37,816 nt of DNA. Source: an uncultured Candidatus Saccharibacteria bacterium. Lineage in GTDB: Bacteria; Patescibacteriota; Minisyncoccia; 2-02-FULL-40-12; GWA2-44-9. Numbering within the stretch: position 1 is the stretch's first letter; every line of letters starts with the position of its first letter. Location: contig CAZENF010000001.1 in assembly GCA_964513645.1 (NCBI GenBank), positions 266,022 to 303,837 of the forward strand, in the 5' to 3' direction. Positions 36,624 to 37,816 of this stretch are shown one piece after another. Under the pieces are notes generated by a model. The model was not told the origin of the DNA and ran no database searches. It saw only the letters and a list, made by a program, of their open reading frames with translations. Both the position numbers and the translations under genes were made by a program.

Positions 36624-37187
36624 ATGGATAAACAGTTTAACCACAGCAAAAAATTCATATTATACACCATAATTATATTGACTTTAATTGCTGCTTTTTT
36701 GTCGGCTCAATTTCTCCTAAATTTCAGATCAATATTTAATAGATATACTGATTCGGTAGCAACCTATAAATCTGGTAATTTAAAAGCTCAGACAATTAAT
36801 CCGAATACACCTCGACCTATTAATATAAATGAAGATTATTTAATTCAGGCCGGTTATTCAGTAATCAAGCAGGAAATACCCTCAGCCGGAAGATATGCCC
36901 CGCCTAATATATACTTTAGAGTAAAAGAAGAATCTACCCCAAGTTTTAAAAGTGATACTACCAATTTAGTGGTGATATTCCAAGCTTTAAATTACATCTC
37001 TGTTCTGCCTAATTATGGAAGTAATATAACCAGTTTCCCTATCTCTGAAGGTCAAGGCCAAGAAGGTATTATGCCCGACGGCAGAACAGCTATCAACTTT
37101 GTTAAAAAAAATGTCTATTTAGTAATTATCGGCCCAATTGCTAAAAAAGTTGAGAAATTGGCTACTATTATTTCTGATAAAATATAA
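36624..37187 (+). CDS. AT-rich hypothetical membrane-anchored protein
   Basis: N-terminal TM; TGcTAAGAT 6 nt upstream of the ATG. Confidence 0.7.
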   Translation: MDKQFNHSKKFILYTIIILTLIAAFLSAQFLLNFRSIFNRYTDSVATYKSGNLKAQTINPNTPRPININEDYLIQAGYSVIKQEIPSAGRYAPPNIYFRVKEESTPSFKSDTTNLVVIFQALNYISVLPNYGSNITSFPISEGQGQEGIMPDGRTAINFVKKNVYLVIIGPIAKKVEKLATIISDKI

Positions 37188-37358
37188 AGATGGTGTAAGT
37201 TTTATATTATCTCGATCCTCTTTTATCTAGGTGGTAAGTATCCATTTATTTTACAGATCTGAAATAGCGGCAGTCTTGCTTCTTTTTCTATTTATTATAA
37301 TTTCTTTCAAATTTATGCTACTACCAGTTTATGGATATAACCCAAGAACAAATAAACG

Positions 37359-37389
37359 AATTTGGGGAGATTGAGGCAATCCCCAAATT
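37359..37389. terminator. Terminator-like hairpin
   Basis: AATTTGGGG(AG)ATTG-AGG-CAATCCCCAAATT. Confidence 0.5.
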
Positions 37390-37480
37390 AAAGGAAGTGG
37401 GGTATGTTTTTGAAAAACTTTAAAATTTTAGTTCAAATTTAGAAAAATAATAAAAAGTATACGCGGATAGCCAAAGTTAA

Positions 37481-37816
37481 ATGAAGAACGAGATTACAAA
37501 AGAAAAATACCTACATAACCTTTTTGATATCGGAGTTATTATCAAGGGCATAGACGGAATACTCCAGGTCGTTGGCGGCGTTTTGTTATTATTTATAAAA
37601 CCAGAGACTATAAATAATATCTTAACCAATCTTATTCAATATGAGATCCTAGAAGACCCTAAAGACAAAATAGCAAATTATATCTTAAGCCTTAGCCATC
37701 TACCATCTGGAGCCCAATTATTCGATGCCCTTTTTCTTTTAACCCACGGCATTGTCAAAGTTTTTATAGTTTTCGGATTGTTAAAAAAGAAGCTCTGGTT
37801 TTACCCAACAGGAATT
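37481..37816 (+). CDS. DUF2127 membrane protein, runs off the window
   Basis: Hand translation: MKNEITKEKYLHNLFDIGVIIKGIDGILQVVGG...EILEDPKDKIANY...LLTHGIVKVFIVFGLLKKKLWFYP. Confidence 0.85.
   Translation, partial: MKNEITKEKYLHNLFDIGVIIKGIDGILQVVGGVLLLFIKPETINNILTNLIQYEILEDPKDKIANYILSLSHLPSGAQLFDALFLLTHGIVKVFIVFGLLKKKLWFYPTGI

Noticed and set aside
37232-37374. Short hydrophobic plus-strand frame (~47 codons)
   Set aside because: No convincing start signal or family motif; may be a gene remnant.

Overview
Bacterial chromosomal DNA in standard code 11 (TGA used as stop). Gene content, AT-rich SD-less gene starts and a large multi-domain surface protein suggest Patescibacteria/CPR, Parcubacteria-like; this taxonomy is inferred. 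1-10.3 kb is a surface-glycan locus: four-helix-bundle gene, NDP-sugar C-methyltransferase, epimerase, five GT4 and one GT2. It is interrupted by an IMPase-like orphan and a small GIY-YIG gene bracketed by perfect 15-bp inverted repeats. 10.3-16.9 kb holds small membrane/hypothetical genes, MscL, a VOC protein and a beta-barrel-like secreted protein. 16.9-22.1 kb holds a 1138-aa S-layer-like gene with a ~500-nt structured leader, an array of eight YGTCACYWA boxes, a 100-bp hairpin and a winged-helix gene. 22-28.7 kb holds two glycoside hydrolases, EamA, FKBP and DsbA. 28.7-37.8 kb holds a eukaryote-type arginine kinase, YHYH, SDR, SGNH, ObgE with a structured upstream region, and a truncated GNAT. 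The most notable signals are the TIR-flanked GIY-YIG cassette, the wHTH gene beside its putative box array, and a split between leaderless/SD-less genes and self-contained orphan cassettes with a promoter, strong SD and terminator. I found no rRNA, tRNA or CRISPR. All family calls come from motif recognition, not database searches.
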